From: an uncultured Clostridia bacterium
Lineage (GTDB): Bacteria; Bacillota; Clostridia; Christensenellales; Borkfalkiaceae
DNA: 64,000 bases
Direction of reading: 5' to 3'
NCBI GenBank assembly: GCA_944354535.1
Contig: CALVPY010000009.1
Span: forward strand, 1,599 to 65,598
Shown here: positions 18,936 to 28,804 of the stretch, one piece after another
Numbering within the stretch: the first letter of the stretch is position 1
Layout of the letters: the number at the start of each line of letters is the position of its first letter
Position numbers and translations under genes: made by a program
Notes under the pieces: generated by a model
What the model saw: the letters and a program-made list of their open reading frames with translations, nothing else
The model's database searches: none
Told to the model about the DNA's origin: nothing

Positions 18936-19907
18936 ATGAAAGAATCGACTTCTCAGCAACAAGTTCAACTCTCTCCCGAAGAGAAGCTCGCCTACCTTCG
19001 CGCTCATCCCCGCAAAATAAAGTCGGGCATGGTGCGCGGCAAGTCCGTCGGCTCCGTCATTGCCGATATCATCATCGTGCTCCTCGTGGGCGCTCTGGCG
19101 CTCGTCGCGATCATCCCCATGTGGCACGTCCTCATGTCGTCGTTTTCAGACGGCCGCTCCATCTTCTATTACAGCGGCATCGCCTTTGTTCCGGAAGGGG
19201 GGTTCACCTTCCGTGCCTACGAGGAACTCTTCTCCTTTGAAGACGGCCTTATCTGGACGGGTTACATGAACACCATCCTCTATGTCATCGGCACGCTCGC
19301 GGTGGGGCTCGTCCTCAACGTGCTCGCAGGGTACTGTCTCTCGCGCAAGACCAAGCTCGGCGGCGTCATGTCGGCGCTGTGTGTGTTCACCGTCATCTTC
19401 TCGGCAGGTCAGGGCCCCACGTTCTACGTCGTCGATATGCTCGGGCTCACGCAGACCCGCTTCGCCGTCATCCTTACGGAATGCACGATGGGCATGTACA
19501 TGATCATCGGCGCGATGGCGTTCCGCTCCGTCCCCGAAGAGACGGTGGAATCCGCCAAGCTCGAAGGCGCGGGGCATCTTCGCATCATGTTCAGCATCAT
19601 GCTCCCGCAGTGCTTCTCCCTCTTCATGGTCACGGTGCTCTTCACGTTCGTCGCGGCGTGGAACTCCTTCATCGGGGCGCGCCTTTATAACGCGGGGATC
19701 ACCGACCTGTATCCTTTGCAGCTCATCCTGCAGCGCATCAAGGAAAGTTCCGACCGCGTCGCCTCGCAGATCGGCAACGCCAATTGGGCGCGCTATCCCA
19801 TGCAGTTCGCGGGCGTCATCGCCGCGACGCTGCCCATCATGGTCATCATGCCCTTCTTCCAGAAGCAACTCGAATCGGGCGCGCTCGGCGGCGCCGTCAA
19901 GGGCTGA
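18936..19907 (+). CDS. carbohydrate ABC transporter permease (LplC-like)
   Basis: GGAGGG lies ~11 nt before the ATG at 18936, and the listed 18927 start is a TTG 2 nt after the RBS. The EAA-type loop is ESAKLEGAGHLRIMFSIMLP. Confidence 0.85.
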   Translation: MKESTSQQQVQLSPEEKLAYLRAHPRKIKSGMVRGKSVGSVIADIIIVLLVGALALVAIIPMWHVLMSSFSDGRSIFYYSGIAFVPEGGFTFRAYEELFSFEDGLIWTGYMNTILYVIGTLAVGLVLNVLAGYCLSRKTKLGGVMSALCVFTVIFSAGQGPTFYVVDMLGLTQTRFAVILTECTMGMYMIIGAMAFRSVPEETVESAKLEGAGHLRIMFSIMLPQCFSLFMVTVLFTFVAAWNSFIGARLYNAGITDLYPLQLILQRIKESSDRVASQIGNANWARYPMQFAGVIAATLPIMVIMPFFQKQLESGALGGAVKG

Positions 19908-19941
19908 TCTCAAACGCATCGAATTTTAAGGAGGAAAAGAT

Positions 19942-21933
19942 ATGAAACGCAGCAAACTCATCGCTCTCACGCTTTCGGGCGTGCTCGCACTCTCGTCCGC
20001 GGCCATTCTTGCAGGCTGCGGCGGCAAGATCAAAGCGGGAGCAGACACCACCTTCACCTGGTACCTCACGGCAGGGGAGGACGGCTACTATTCCGATTAC
20101 GAGGATAACCCCGTCATCGAATACATCATGGAAAACATGCAGTTCGAAGGCTCGGACGGCGAAATGAAGAACATCGCCTTCGATTTCTTCCAGCCGACCA
20201 CCACCGAAAACGCCCGCTCCGAATTCAACCAAAAGTACATGAGCGGCAATTGGGAAGACGTCATCGATCCCACGATGAGCCGCGGCATCACCGACATGTA
20301 TGAAGCCGGCGTCGTCGCCGACCTCACGCCCTACATCACCGACCGCGAGCTCATGCCCAACCTCAACGCCTATCTCGACGCCCATCCCGAGTACCGCTCT
20401 CTCATGCAGACGCAGACGAAGGACGGCGCAAAATATCTCTCTATTCCCACCTTCAAAGACTCCGTCAGCTACGAATCGCAGTCCTTCGGCTTCAACTACC
20501 GCCGCGACCTTCTCGTCAGATACGGCGTGCAGCCCGATGAATTTTACGATCCCATGACGGACGAAGCGCCCACGGCAAACCCCAAGGCGGGGCAGAAGTT
20601 CTCGGGCCACTACACCGTCAATCTGGACGGCACCGAGCGCGACGATCCCATGTCGCAGGATACGACGCTCCCCGAAGGCGCCAACGGCCAGAGCTGGGAG
20701 GACGACGTCACCTTCCCCAGCGGTCATTCCGATCCCGTCTATATCTCCGACTGGATGTGGATGTTCGAAACGTACGAAACGGCATACGCCGCCATGGGCA
20801 TCGAGCCCGAGTATATGATGTCTCTCTTCTATCCGGGCTACAACGCCAACGGCGACCTTTCCTCGGGCTTCGGCGGGGGCGGCGTGCTCTGGTATAAGGA
20901 TGAGGACAACAACTGTCAGTTCGGCGCGGCAGGCACGGGCTTCAGAGCCTACCTCGAATGCATGAACGATTGGTATTCCCGCGGCTGGGTCTGCAACACC
21001 TTCAACGAAGACACTTCTCCCTTCTATCAGATCGACCTCGACCTCGTCGCAAACGGCACCGTGCCCCTTTGGATGGGCTCCTCCAACTTCGGCACCGCCA
21101 TCCAGAGCTCTGAACAGGGTTACGAGGCAGCGGCGGGCGCCGTTGTATATCTTGCGGCAACGCCCATCAACGACATCCCCGGCTACGACGGCAACCCCTC
21201 GACGAGCGACTACTCCACGCAGGCGACCGCCGAAGAGGCAAAAGAAGCCATGAACGGCGGTTCGGGCAGCGAATATATGCTGCAGATCCCCACCTGCCTC
21301 TATCAGGCAGAGGACTTTTCGCAGGGCGTCGTCATCAGCAAGGCGGCGGCAGAGGGCAAAGATATGGAAGTTCTCATGCGCTTCTTCGACTTTTTATACA
21401 GCGAAGAGGGCTCCGTCCTCACGACGCTCGGTCTCAATGCCGAACAGGCAGAAGGCAGCCGCTACTATGAAGACTACGGCCTCACGAACGGCGCCTACAC
21501 CGTGAATTCTGACGGCACCTACACCTTCGATCAGATCCTCGAACAGAACGTCGGCGAGATCCGCATTGCCATGGTGGCAGGCCGCATCCCCGGCATCCGC
21601 TGCGAGAGCAAGATCACCTACACCTTCCCTGAACCCTACATCAACGGCCGCCAGCAGTGGCTCAAATACAAGGCGACGGGCTTCATCGGCGGCGTCCTCA
21701 ACGGTCAGAGAACGGCGGAGGAGACGGACGTCATCGAAACGGTGAAGGCCGCCGTCGAGCAGAACTACCTTTACAAGGAAGTCTACAAGTTCATCAAGGG
21801 CGAGCGTTCGCTCGAAAACGCCGAATGGACGAGCTTTGCCCGCGACGTCATGAACTACTCCTACACGGGCGTCAGCGTCAGCGATGCCACCGCCGCTTAT
21901 CAGGCAGAATTCGACCGCCTGTACCGCAGCTAA
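19942..21933 (+). CDS. extracellular solute-binding lipoprotein of the ABC importer (large LplA-like, 663 aa)
   Basis: RBS AAGGAGGA. It has a lipoprotein signal peptide with lipobox LAGC (MKRSKLIALTLSGVLALSSAAILAGCGG). It is adjacent to the two permeases. Confidence 0.85.
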   Translation: MKRSKLIALTLSGVLALSSAAILAGCGGKIKAGADTTFTWYLTAGEDGYYSDYEDNPVIEYIMENMQFEGSDGEMKNIAFDFFQPTTTENARSEFNQKYMSGNWEDVIDPTMSRGITDMYEAGVVADLTPYITDRELMPNLNAYLDAHPEYRSLMQTQTKDGAKYLSIPTFKDSVSYESQSFGFNYRRDLLVRYGVQPDEFYDPMTDEAPTANPKAGQKFSGHYTVNLDGTERDDPMSQDTTLPEGANGQSWEDDVTFPSGHSDPVYISDWMWMFETYETAYAAMGIEPEYMMSLFYPGYNANGDLSSGFGGGGVLWYKDEDNNCQFGAAGTGFRAYLECMNDWYSRGWVCNTFNEDTSPFYQIDLDLVANGTVPLWMGSSNFGTAIQSSEQGYEAAAGAVVYLAATPINDIPGYDGNPSTSDYSTQATAEEAKEAMNGGSGSEYMLQIPTCLYQAEDFSQGVVISKAAAEGKDMEVLMRFFDFLYSEEGSVLTTLGLNAEQAEGSRYYEDYGLTNGAYTVNSDGTYTFDQILEQNVGEIRIAMVAGRIPGIRCESKITYTFPEPYINGRQQWLKYKATGFIGGVLNGQRTAEETDVIETVKAAVEQNYLYKEVYKFIKGERSLENAEWTSFARDVMNYSYTGVSVSDATAAYQAEFDRLYRS

Positions 21934-21944
21934 CACATTTGGCT

Positions 21945-21970
21945 CCTCCTCCCGCTTCGTGCGGGAGGGG
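21945..21970 (+). promoter_or_regulatory. intercistronic stem-loop after the binding-protein gene
   Basis: CCTCCCGC-ttcgt-GCGGGAGG sits 12 nt after the stop. No T tract follows, so it is more likely an mRNA-stabilising or processing hairpin than a full terminator. Confidence 0.4.
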
Positions 21971-21991
21971 AACTTCAAAAAGGAGATCACC

Positions 21992-23983
21992 ATGAAAAAA
22001 TCTGCTAAACTTCTTATTTCCTTGACTCTTACCGCAAGCCTCGCGCTTTCGGGCATCCTTGCAGCCTGCACCGATCCCGAAGAGCCCGATGACCCCTGCA
22101 CCGAGCACGTCGATGCGAACGGCGACGGCGTCTGCGACAACTGCGGCGAAACGGTTTCCACCCCCGAGCCCGCAGAAAAGCAGCTCTACGACGGCCGCTG
22201 GATCACCCCCGCCAATACGCCGGACGGCGAAGGCGCGACCCTTAAGCTGAAAGAGGACGGTTCCTATTACTACTATTCCGCATGGACATATTCCATGGGA
22301 AACTGGGAAGTCGTAGAGGGAAACTATACCTACTATAAGATCGAGGTGGGCAACGCACCCGATGCCTCCGCCGGCGACGACACGACCGCCTATGAGGCGA
22401 CCGAGCAGCTCGTCCTCACCGCCTTCGACGGCGCTTCCTTCAAGGGCGTCATCGCCGAGGGCCGCATCTGGAACATGGAGCGCAGCACCCTGCAGGGGAC
22501 TTCCTGGAATTCTTTCGCGCAGGAAGCCGATTACGTCTGGGACGAAGACAGAGACGAAGAGCCCATCGCTTCCCTTGAGCTCTGCGAGACCAAAGACGCC
22601 TCCGCGCAACTCATCTTCTATGCGAGCATGACGAACGAGGGCGCCCTCTTCGACAGCATCAACGGCAACAACATCACCGCCGACAGCGGCTCGTACGAAA
22701 AGTCCGTCTCGGGCGACGTCACGACGTACACCCTCAAAAACGGCGGCACGGCTTATGCAACGCTCACCGTCAACGCAGACGGCACCTACACCTACACCCC
22801 GGACGGCGAAGAGGGCTTCGCGCTCGTCACCGAGGCATGGACGACGACGCAGCTGCTTACCTCGGGCGACGAGTATATCAAACTTGCCTTCGGAGGCTCT
22901 CCCGAGGATGCGATGGCAGAGCTCCGTCTCTGGCAGGACAATTCCGCCGACGTCGTCGTCACCTGCATCAAGGACTATTCCTACGAGACCGTCCTTTCGG
23001 GTACCTACACGCAGAACGGCGACCGCACCATGACGCTCACTTTCGGTGAGGAGAGCTATACCGTCTCCGCGCCCGATGAGAACAAGCTCATCTCCGTCGC
23101 CCTCACCATCCCCGCAGGGGAGTATGTGACGGAAGCTGCCGAGATCACCCTTACGGGCGAAGTAAAGGAAGTGGGTACGCCGCTCTTCTCCTTCCAATCG
23201 GAGGGCGTCACCTTCGCAACTTCGGGCGCCATCCCCATGCCCACGATGGAAGGCTCTCTGGAACTCGTTCTCTACTCGGACGGCATCGCCGAAATGATGG
23301 CGACCGTCGATGTCTTCGGCACCGCCTACACGACTTCCATCGACCGCGGCACCTACACCGCCGATGAAAGCAGCGGCGTTCCCGTCTACACCTTCCGCTT
23401 CGAGAACGCAGGCACGCTCACGACGACGTCCGAAGCGGTCGACGAACTCAACGCGACGCTCACCCTCAGCTATTCCGTCTCCGAGGCGGCGGGCTCCTTC
23501 GATATGGGTCCCATGGGCATTGCGACCGTCTACTTCACGGTCGAAGACGCCGTCCTCACCTACGACTGGTCGGCAGAGGCCGTCTACACCTTCACGGCGA
23601 CGGGCATCGAAGTCACCGCGGCGACCCCGCTTCCCTCGCAGGAGGGCAACACCGTCGACGTCACGCTTTCCCTCTGGAGCGACGGCACGGCAACGCTCGA
23701 TCTCGTCCTTCACACCTCCATCCCCATGGACTTTGAAGCTCCCGAAAGCGAGACGGGCACTTGGTCGGCAGATACTTCGGGCATGATCCCTACGATCACC
23801 GTTACGATGGAAAACGCAGGCGTGCTCACGACGACGCCCGTCGATGAATCCGCCACGCCGACGGGCATCGACCTTACCCTCACCTACACGGCAGACGGCA
23901 TCAGCTATCTCGTTCCTTCGATGAGTACATCCGTCACCCTCACCTTCACGGGTACTCTGACCGGTCACTATTCGATCGGCTGA
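21992..23983 (+). CDS. uncharacterised surface lipoprotein with internal ~136-aa repeats
   Basis: AAAGGAGA lies 6 nt before the ATG at 21992. The signal peptide has lipobox LAAC (MKKSAKLLISLTLTASLALSGILAACTD). It is Thr/Gly/Tyr-rich and beta-strand-like. An internal duplication is visible at the DNA level (23401-23435 vs 23809-23843). Confidence 0.75.
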   Translation: MKKSAKLLISLTLTASLALSGILAACTDPEEPDDPCTEHVDANGDGVCDNCGETVSTPEPAEKQLYDGRWITPANTPDGEGATLKLKEDGSYYYYSAWTYSMGNWEVVEGNYTYYKIEVGNAPDASAGDDTTAYEATEQLVLTAFDGASFKGVIAEGRIWNMERSTLQGTSWNSFAQEADYVWDEDRDEEPIASLELCETKDASAQLIFYASMTNEGALFDSINGNNITADSGSYEKSVSGDVTTYTLKNGGTAYATLTVNADGTYTYTPDGEEGFALVTEAWTTTQLLTSGDEYIKLAFGGSPEDAMAELRLWQDNSADVVVTCIKDYSYETVLSGTYTQNGDRTMTLTFGEESYTVSAPDENKLISVALTIPAGEYVTEAAEITLTGEVKEVGTPLFSFQSEGVTFATSGAIPMPTMEGSLELVLYSDGIAEMMATVDVFGTAYTTSIDRGTYTADESSGVPVYTFRFENAGTLTTTSEAVDELNATLTLSYSVSEAAGSFDMGPMGIATVYFTVEDAVLTYDWSAEAVYTFTATGIEVTAATPLPSQEGNTVDVTLSLWSDGTATLDLVLHTSIPMDFEAPESETGTWSADTSGMIPTITVTMENAGVLTTTPVDESATPTGIDLTLTYTADGISYLVPSMSTSVTLTFTGTLTGHYSIG

Positions 23984-23985
23984 CC

Positions 23986-24026
23986 GTACGCAGGCGGATG
24001 CGGCTCCCTGACGCATCCGCCTGTAC
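23986..24026 (+). promoter_or_regulatory. strong intercistronic stem-loop
   Basis: CAGGCGGATGCG-(9 nt)-CGCATCCGCCTG is a 12-bp perfect stem plus 3 further pairs, immediately after the lipoprotein stop. The T tract is weak. Confidence 0.45.
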
Positions 24027-24046
24027 TTACTTCAAGGAGAGAACAT

Positions 24047-26050
24047 ATGGAACGCAATATCTACGATCCCGCGCTCGACCCCGCCTTCCAAAAACCCTAT
24101 ATCGACATCGAGGAGCAGCGCCCCGAAGGCTACACCTACGTCCACGGCGGCTTTGAAGGCACCGATACGCGCTTTTCCTTCTTCTATCCCCCAAAGGAAC
24201 AATATGAAGGCCGCTTCTTCCAGTTCATGTCTCCCGTCGAGGGCAGCGAGAACGCTTCCATCGGCCGTAAGGGCATGGAAAACAAGATCGGCTTTGCCAA
24301 CTCCCACGGCGCGTACTTTGTCGAAACCAACATGGGCGTCGCCCAAGGCATCCATGGGGGCGACGGCAGCATCATCTACAAGGCAAGCTCTGCCTCCGCG
24401 GAATTTTCCCGCAAGGTCGCCGAGCGCATCTACGGCTATTCCCACCGCCCGTACGGCTACATCTACGGCGGCAGCGGCGGCGCGTTCAAGACGACGAGCT
24501 GCTTCGAAATGACGAACACCTGGGATGGAGCCGTTCCCTACATCCACGGCTCGCCCATGGCGATCCCCAACGTCTTCTGCGTGCGCGCCCACGCCAAGCG
24601 GGTGCTGCGCCGCGCCTTCCCCAAGATCGCCGACGCGCTCGACGCAGGCGGCAGCGGGAACCCTTACGAGGGCCTCTCCGCCGAAGAGAGAGCAACGCTC
24701 TTTGAAGCCACCAAAATGGGCTTCCCCTTAAAGAGCTGGTTCTACTACGAAAAGCTCGACGACGGCGCGCTCCCCGTCGTTGCGGCAGGCACGCTGGGGC
24801 GCGATCTCCAATATTTCAAGGACTTCTGGCAGCTCCCCGGCTATCTCGGGGCAGATCCCAATAGTTCCGTCCACCGCGACCGCATCCAATGCACCTGTAC
24901 TCTCAAGGAGGTGCACCTCCCCCGCGCCAAAGAAGAGGTCGACCGCCGCGCCATGACGGGCGCCGACAACGCCTGGAAGCGCGAACAGAACGACCTTCAG
25001 ATGGAAGGGGAGACCTATCTCGTCCTCGAAGGCGCGCCCACGGGCGACATCTACGCCTACGGCGCAAACGTCCGCTTCGAAAACGGCGGCGCGGAGGGGC
25101 TCACGCTCACCGCAGACCGCCTCGTCGGCGACAAGCTCGTCCTGGCTCCCGGCTTCGGGTTCGAGCACGCGCTCACAAAGCTCGCTCTTGCAAAGGCGGG
25201 CGACAAGGTCTCGCTCGATAATTCCGACTACCTCGCCGCGCAGACGTACTACCGCCATCAGACGCCCGAAGGGCACGAATACATCGGCTGGGAGCAGTTC
25301 AAAACGGCGCAGGGCACGCCCGTCTACCCCGTGCGCGAGTATAGGGCAGGCCCCGTTATCGCCCGCGGCAGCTGCGGGAGCCTCCAATCGGGGAATTTTA
25401 GCGGCAAGATGATCGTCGTCGCCGCCACGATGGACGAGTCCGCCTTCCCCTGGCAGATCGATTGGTACCGCCAAAAGGTCAAAGAGCACTTCGGCGCCGC
25501 AACGGACGAACACTACCGCGTCTATTTCTTCGACAACAGCTTCCACGACGACAGCGAGCACACCGTCGACGAGCTTCACCTCATCTCCTATCTCGGAGGG
25601 CTCCATCAGGCGCTTTTGGATCTTGCAAATTGGGTGGAAAAGGGCATCCCGCCCCGCGATTCGAGTAAGTACACGATCGAAGACGGCCAGATCGTCCTCG
25701 CGCCGAAGGCGGAGGAGCGCGGCGCTGTTCAGCCCGTCGTCACCCTCACGGCAGGGGGAAAAAAGCGCTTGGAAGCGGGGTGCGGCGAATGCGTCACCCT
25801 CACGGCTGCGATCGGCATCCCGAAGGGCGCAGGCAAGGTCACCAGAGTCGAGTGGAGCTTCGAAGGCGAACCATACGCGGAAGGCACGTTCACCGAGGTG
25901 GGGGAGAACGCTGAAGCAAAAGCAGAACACACCTTCACTGCCCCCGGTACCTATTTTGCGGTCTGCCGCGTCTGGCTGCAGCGGGAGGGCTCTAAGGACA
26001 TCTACACGCAGGTCCCCAATCTCGACCGCGTCCGCATCATCGTCAAATAA
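24047..26050 (+). CDS. cytoplasmic alpha/beta-hydrolase-like protein (possible esterase) with C-terminal PKD/Ig-like domain
   Basis: RBS AAGGAGAG. Codon usage matches neighbouring genes. It has a nucleophile-elbow-like YIYGGSGGAFKT. The C-terminal VTLTAAIG...VEWSFEG...HTFTAPGTYFAVCRVW looks PKD-like. No signal peptide. Function is not established. Confidence 0.6.
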   Translation: MERNIYDPALDPAFQKPYIDIEEQRPEGYTYVHGGFEGTDTRFSFFYPPKEQYEGRFFQFMSPVEGSENASIGRKGMENKIGFANSHGAYFVETNMGVAQGIHGGDGSIIYKASSASAEFSRKVAERIYGYSHRPYGYIYGGSGGAFKTTSCFEMTNTWDGAVPYIHGSPMAIPNVFCVRAHAKRVLRRAFPKIADALDAGGSGNPYEGLSAEERATLFEATKMGFPLKSWFYYEKLDDGALPVVAAGTLGRDLQYFKDFWQLPGYLGADPNSSVHRDRIQCTCTLKEVHLPRAKEEVDRRAMTGADNAWKREQNDLQMEGETYLVLEGAPTGDIYAYGANVRFENGGAEGLTLTADRLVGDKLVLAPGFGFEHALTKLALAKAGDKVSLDNSDYLAAQTYYRHQTPEGHEYIGWEQFKTAQGTPVYPVREYRAGPVIARGSCGSLQSGNFSGKMIVVAATMDESAFPWQIDWYRQKVKEHFGAATDEHYRVYFFDNSFHDDSEHTVDELHLISYLGGLHQALLDLANWVEKGIPPRDSSKYTIEDGQIVLAPKAEERGAVQPVVTLTAGGKKRLEAGCGECVTLTAAIGIPKGAGKVTRVEWSFEGEPYAEGTFTEVGENAEAKAEHTFTAPGTYFAVCRVWLQREGSKDIYTQVPNLDRVRIIVK

Positions 26051-26101
26051 CATGTTGATCTGCGCAGCCTGCAGCTGCGCCCCAAAAGAGAGAAAACCAC
26101 T

Positions 26102-28804
26102 ATGCTCAAGATCACTTCCTTCACTGTGGAATACCGCGCCCACGCTCTGGGCATCGACGAGAAAAAGCCCCGCTTTTCGTGGGTGCTCGGCTCCGACAGG
26201 CAAAATACCTTCCAGTCCTCTTATACGCTCACCGTCAAGGCGGGGGATACCCCCGTCTTTACGGGCGCGGGCGGCTCCGAGAGCGTCCTCGTCGAATACG
26301 CGGGCGAAGCGTTAAAGCCCCGCACCGTCTACACCGCCGAACTTGCCGTCACCGATAACTACGGCAATACCGCCTCCGCCGTTACGTCCTTCGAAACGGG
26401 CGTCATGGGGGATCTCAAGGGCGACTTCATCGGCCATGACTTCGGCGATGCCGTCCCCGAACTTTCCCGCACCTTCCCGCTCGCGAAAAAGCCCGTGCGC
26501 GCCCGCATCTACGCGACGGCGCTCGGCGTCATGGAGCTCTTTGTCAACGGCAAGCGGGTGGGGGAGGACTACGACGCCCCGGGCTGGACGAGCTATTCCC
26601 ACCGCCTGCAATACGAAACGTACGACGTCACTTCCCTCCTTCGTGAGGGCGAAAACACCCTCTCCGCGCTCATCGGCAAGGGATGGTATTCGGGCGTCGT
26701 GGGCTACTTCCACACCAAAAACAACTACGGCGACAAAAACGCCCTGCTTTTAGAGCTCGCCCTCACGTTTGAGGACGGCTCCGAGCAGAGCCTCACGACC
26801 GATCAGTCGTGGACGGCGAAGGAGAGCGCCCTCCGCTTCTCCGAATTCCAGGACGGCGAACTCTTCGACGCGACGTTTGAAGCCAAAGAGAGCTTCCCCG
26901 TCGAAGTCGTCTCCTATCCGAAGGGCAACATTCTGGCGCAGATCGACGAGCCCGTCCGCGTTACCGAACGCATTTCAGGCAAACAGCTCATCGTAACGCC
27001 CAAAGGGGAGAAGGTCATCGACTTCGGCCAGAACGCAACGGGCATCGTGGAATTTACGGCAGAGGGCACGCGCGGGCAGAAGGTCACGCTCTCTCACGCC
27101 GAAGTGCTCGACGAAGAGGGCAACTTCTACACCGCCAATCTCCGCGCCGCCAAAGCGCAGGATAGCTACATTTTGGCGGGCGGCAAAGAGACGTTCCGCC
27201 CGCACTTCACCTTCCACGGCTTCCGCTATCTCCGCGTCGAGGGCATCGACGAGGTGCGCCCCGAAGATTTCACCTTCCTCGTCCTGCACACCGATATGCA
27301 GAAGACGGGCTCCTTCACCTGCGAGCACGCCCTTGTAAACAGGCTGCAGCAGAACATCGTGTGGGGGCAGCGGAGCAACTTCTTCGATCTTCCCACCGAC
27401 TGCCCGCAGCGCGACGAGCGCCTCGGCTGGACGGGGGATGCGCAGGTCTTCTGCCGCACCTCGACGTTCAATTACAACGTCGCGCCCTTCTTTGCAAAAT
27501 GGCTGGGCGACGTCGCCGCCGAACAGACCGTCGAAAAGGGCGTCCCGCAGACGGTGCCCAACGTCATCCCCGTCAACGATTTCGGCACTGCCGTCTGGGG
27601 GGATGCCGCCACCGTCTGCCCGTGGACTGTCTACGAAGTCTACGGCGACAAGCGTCTTCTTTCCCTTCAGTACGAGAGCATGAAAAATTGGGTGGAGTAC
27701 ATCCGCCTGCACTCCGAAAACGATCTTTGGCTTTCGGGCTTCCAGTACGGCGATTGGCTCGCGCTTGACAGGAACGACCCCGAAGACAACAAGGGCGCGA
27801 CCGACGATTACTTCATCGCCTCCGCCTACTACGCCTATTCGGCGGAGCTCGTCGCAAAGGCAGCCCGCGTCCTCAAAAAAGAGGAGGACGCCGCCGCATA
27901 CGAAGCCCTGCATCAAAGGATCGTCGCTTCCTTCCAAAAGGAATTCATGACGGAGCGCGGCCGCCTCGTTTCCGAAACGCAGACCGCCCTCGTCCTCGCC
28001 CTCGGCTTTTCGCTCGTGCCCGAACGCTTCCGCGAAGACATCAAGGCCCGTCTCCGCGCGAGCTTCAAGCAAAACCACGAACACCTCGTCACGGGCTTTG
28101 TGGGAACGCCCTATTTGTGCCACGTCCTTTCGGAAAACGGCATGCACGACATCGCCTCCAAGCTCCTTCTGCGCGAAAAGTGTCCTTCCTGGCTGTACGA
28201 AGTTAAAATGGGCGCGACCACCATCTGGGAGCGCTGGAACGCCATCTTCCCCGACGGCACCCTCTTCGACCCCGCCATGAGCTCCTTCAACCACTACGCC
28301 TACGGCTCGGTGGGGGATTGGCTCTATCGCAAGGTCGCGGGCATCGACTGCTTAGAGGCAGGCTACAAGAAGATCTCCGTCAAGCCCTATCCCGTGCGCG
28401 AGCTCGGCAATATCGCTGCAAGCTATCTGACTCCCTACGGCGCCGTCTCCGTCGCCTGCACCTATGCGGGCGGCAAGGCGCACTACCGCATCGAAGTGCC
28501 CGTCAACACCACGGCGGTCATCTCCCTTCCCGATGGAACGACGCAGGAAGTCGGCTCGGGCGTCTATGAGTACGAAACGGACGACGATCCTTCCTATTTG
28601 GAGCGCAAAGCGCTTTCTCACACCTTCGGCGAGGCGATCGCAGACGAAACGTGCCGCGCCCTCCTCGAAGGGGCGATCCCCGCTTCCATGTTTGCGCCCA
28701 TGTGCCAGTTCGGCGCCGAGCGCCCTTTGAGTGACGCCGTCGAATCTATGCCGCAATACAAAGACCTCTTCAAAAAGGCCGCTCATCTTCTGGAGAACAA
28801 GTGA
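26102..28804 (+). CDS. alpha-L-rhamnosidase, GH78 family (full length, 900 aa)
   Basis: It carries DLPTDCPQRDERLGWTGDAQ, FQYGDWLALD and TTIWERWN...SFNHYAYGSVGDWLY. It is colinear with the partial paralog at 1-2007. No signal peptide. Confidence 0.9.
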   Translation: MLKITSFTVEYRAHALGIDEKKPRFSWVLGSDRQNTFQSSYTLTVKAGDTPVFTGAGGSESVLVEYAGEALKPRTVYTAELAVTDNYGNTASAVTSFETGVMGDLKGDFIGHDFGDAVPELSRTFPLAKKPVRARIYATALGVMELFVNGKRVGEDYDAPGWTSYSHRLQYETYDVTSLLREGENTLSALIGKGWYSGVVGYFHTKNNYGDKNALLLELALTFEDGSEQSLTTDQSWTAKESALRFSEFQDGELFDATFEAKESFPVEVVSYPKGNILAQIDEPVRVTERISGKQLIVTPKGEKVIDFGQNATGIVEFTAEGTRGQKVTLSHAEVLDEEGNFYTANLRAAKAQDSYILAGGKETFRPHFTFHGFRYLRVEGIDEVRPEDFTFLVLHTDMQKTGSFTCEHALVNRLQQNIVWGQRSNFFDLPTDCPQRDERLGWTGDAQVFCRTSTFNYNVAPFFAKWLGDVAAEQTVEKGVPQTVPNVIPVNDFGTAVWGDAATVCPWTVYEVYGDKRLLSLQYESMKNWVEYIRLHSENDLWLSGFQYGDWLALDRNDPEDNKGATDDYFIASAYYAYSAELVAKAARVLKKEEDAAAYEALHQRIVASFQKEFMTERGRLVSETQTALVLALGFSLVPERFREDIKARLRASFKQNHEHLVTGFVGTPYLCHVLSENGMHDIASKLLLREKCPSWLYEVKMGATTIWERWNAIFPDGTLFDPAMSSFNHYAYGSVGDWLYRKVAGIDCLEAGYKKISVKPYPVRELGNIAASYLTPYGAVSVACTYAGGKAHYRIEVPVNTTAVISLPDGTTQEVGSGVYEYETDDDPSYLERKALSHTFGEAIADETCRALLEGAIPASMFAPMCQFGAERPLSDAVESMPQYKDLFKKAAHLLENK

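Noticed and set aside
21878-24016. 712-aa ORF on the minus strand, the longest antisense ORF in the track
   Set aside because: It lies exactly antisense to the well-supported lipoprotein gene, which has an RBS, a lipobox and internal repeats. Its translation is Arg/Gly/Asp/Val-rich low complexity with no motifs. This is the typical shadow ORF of GC-rich DNA, where stop codons are rare on the opposite strand.
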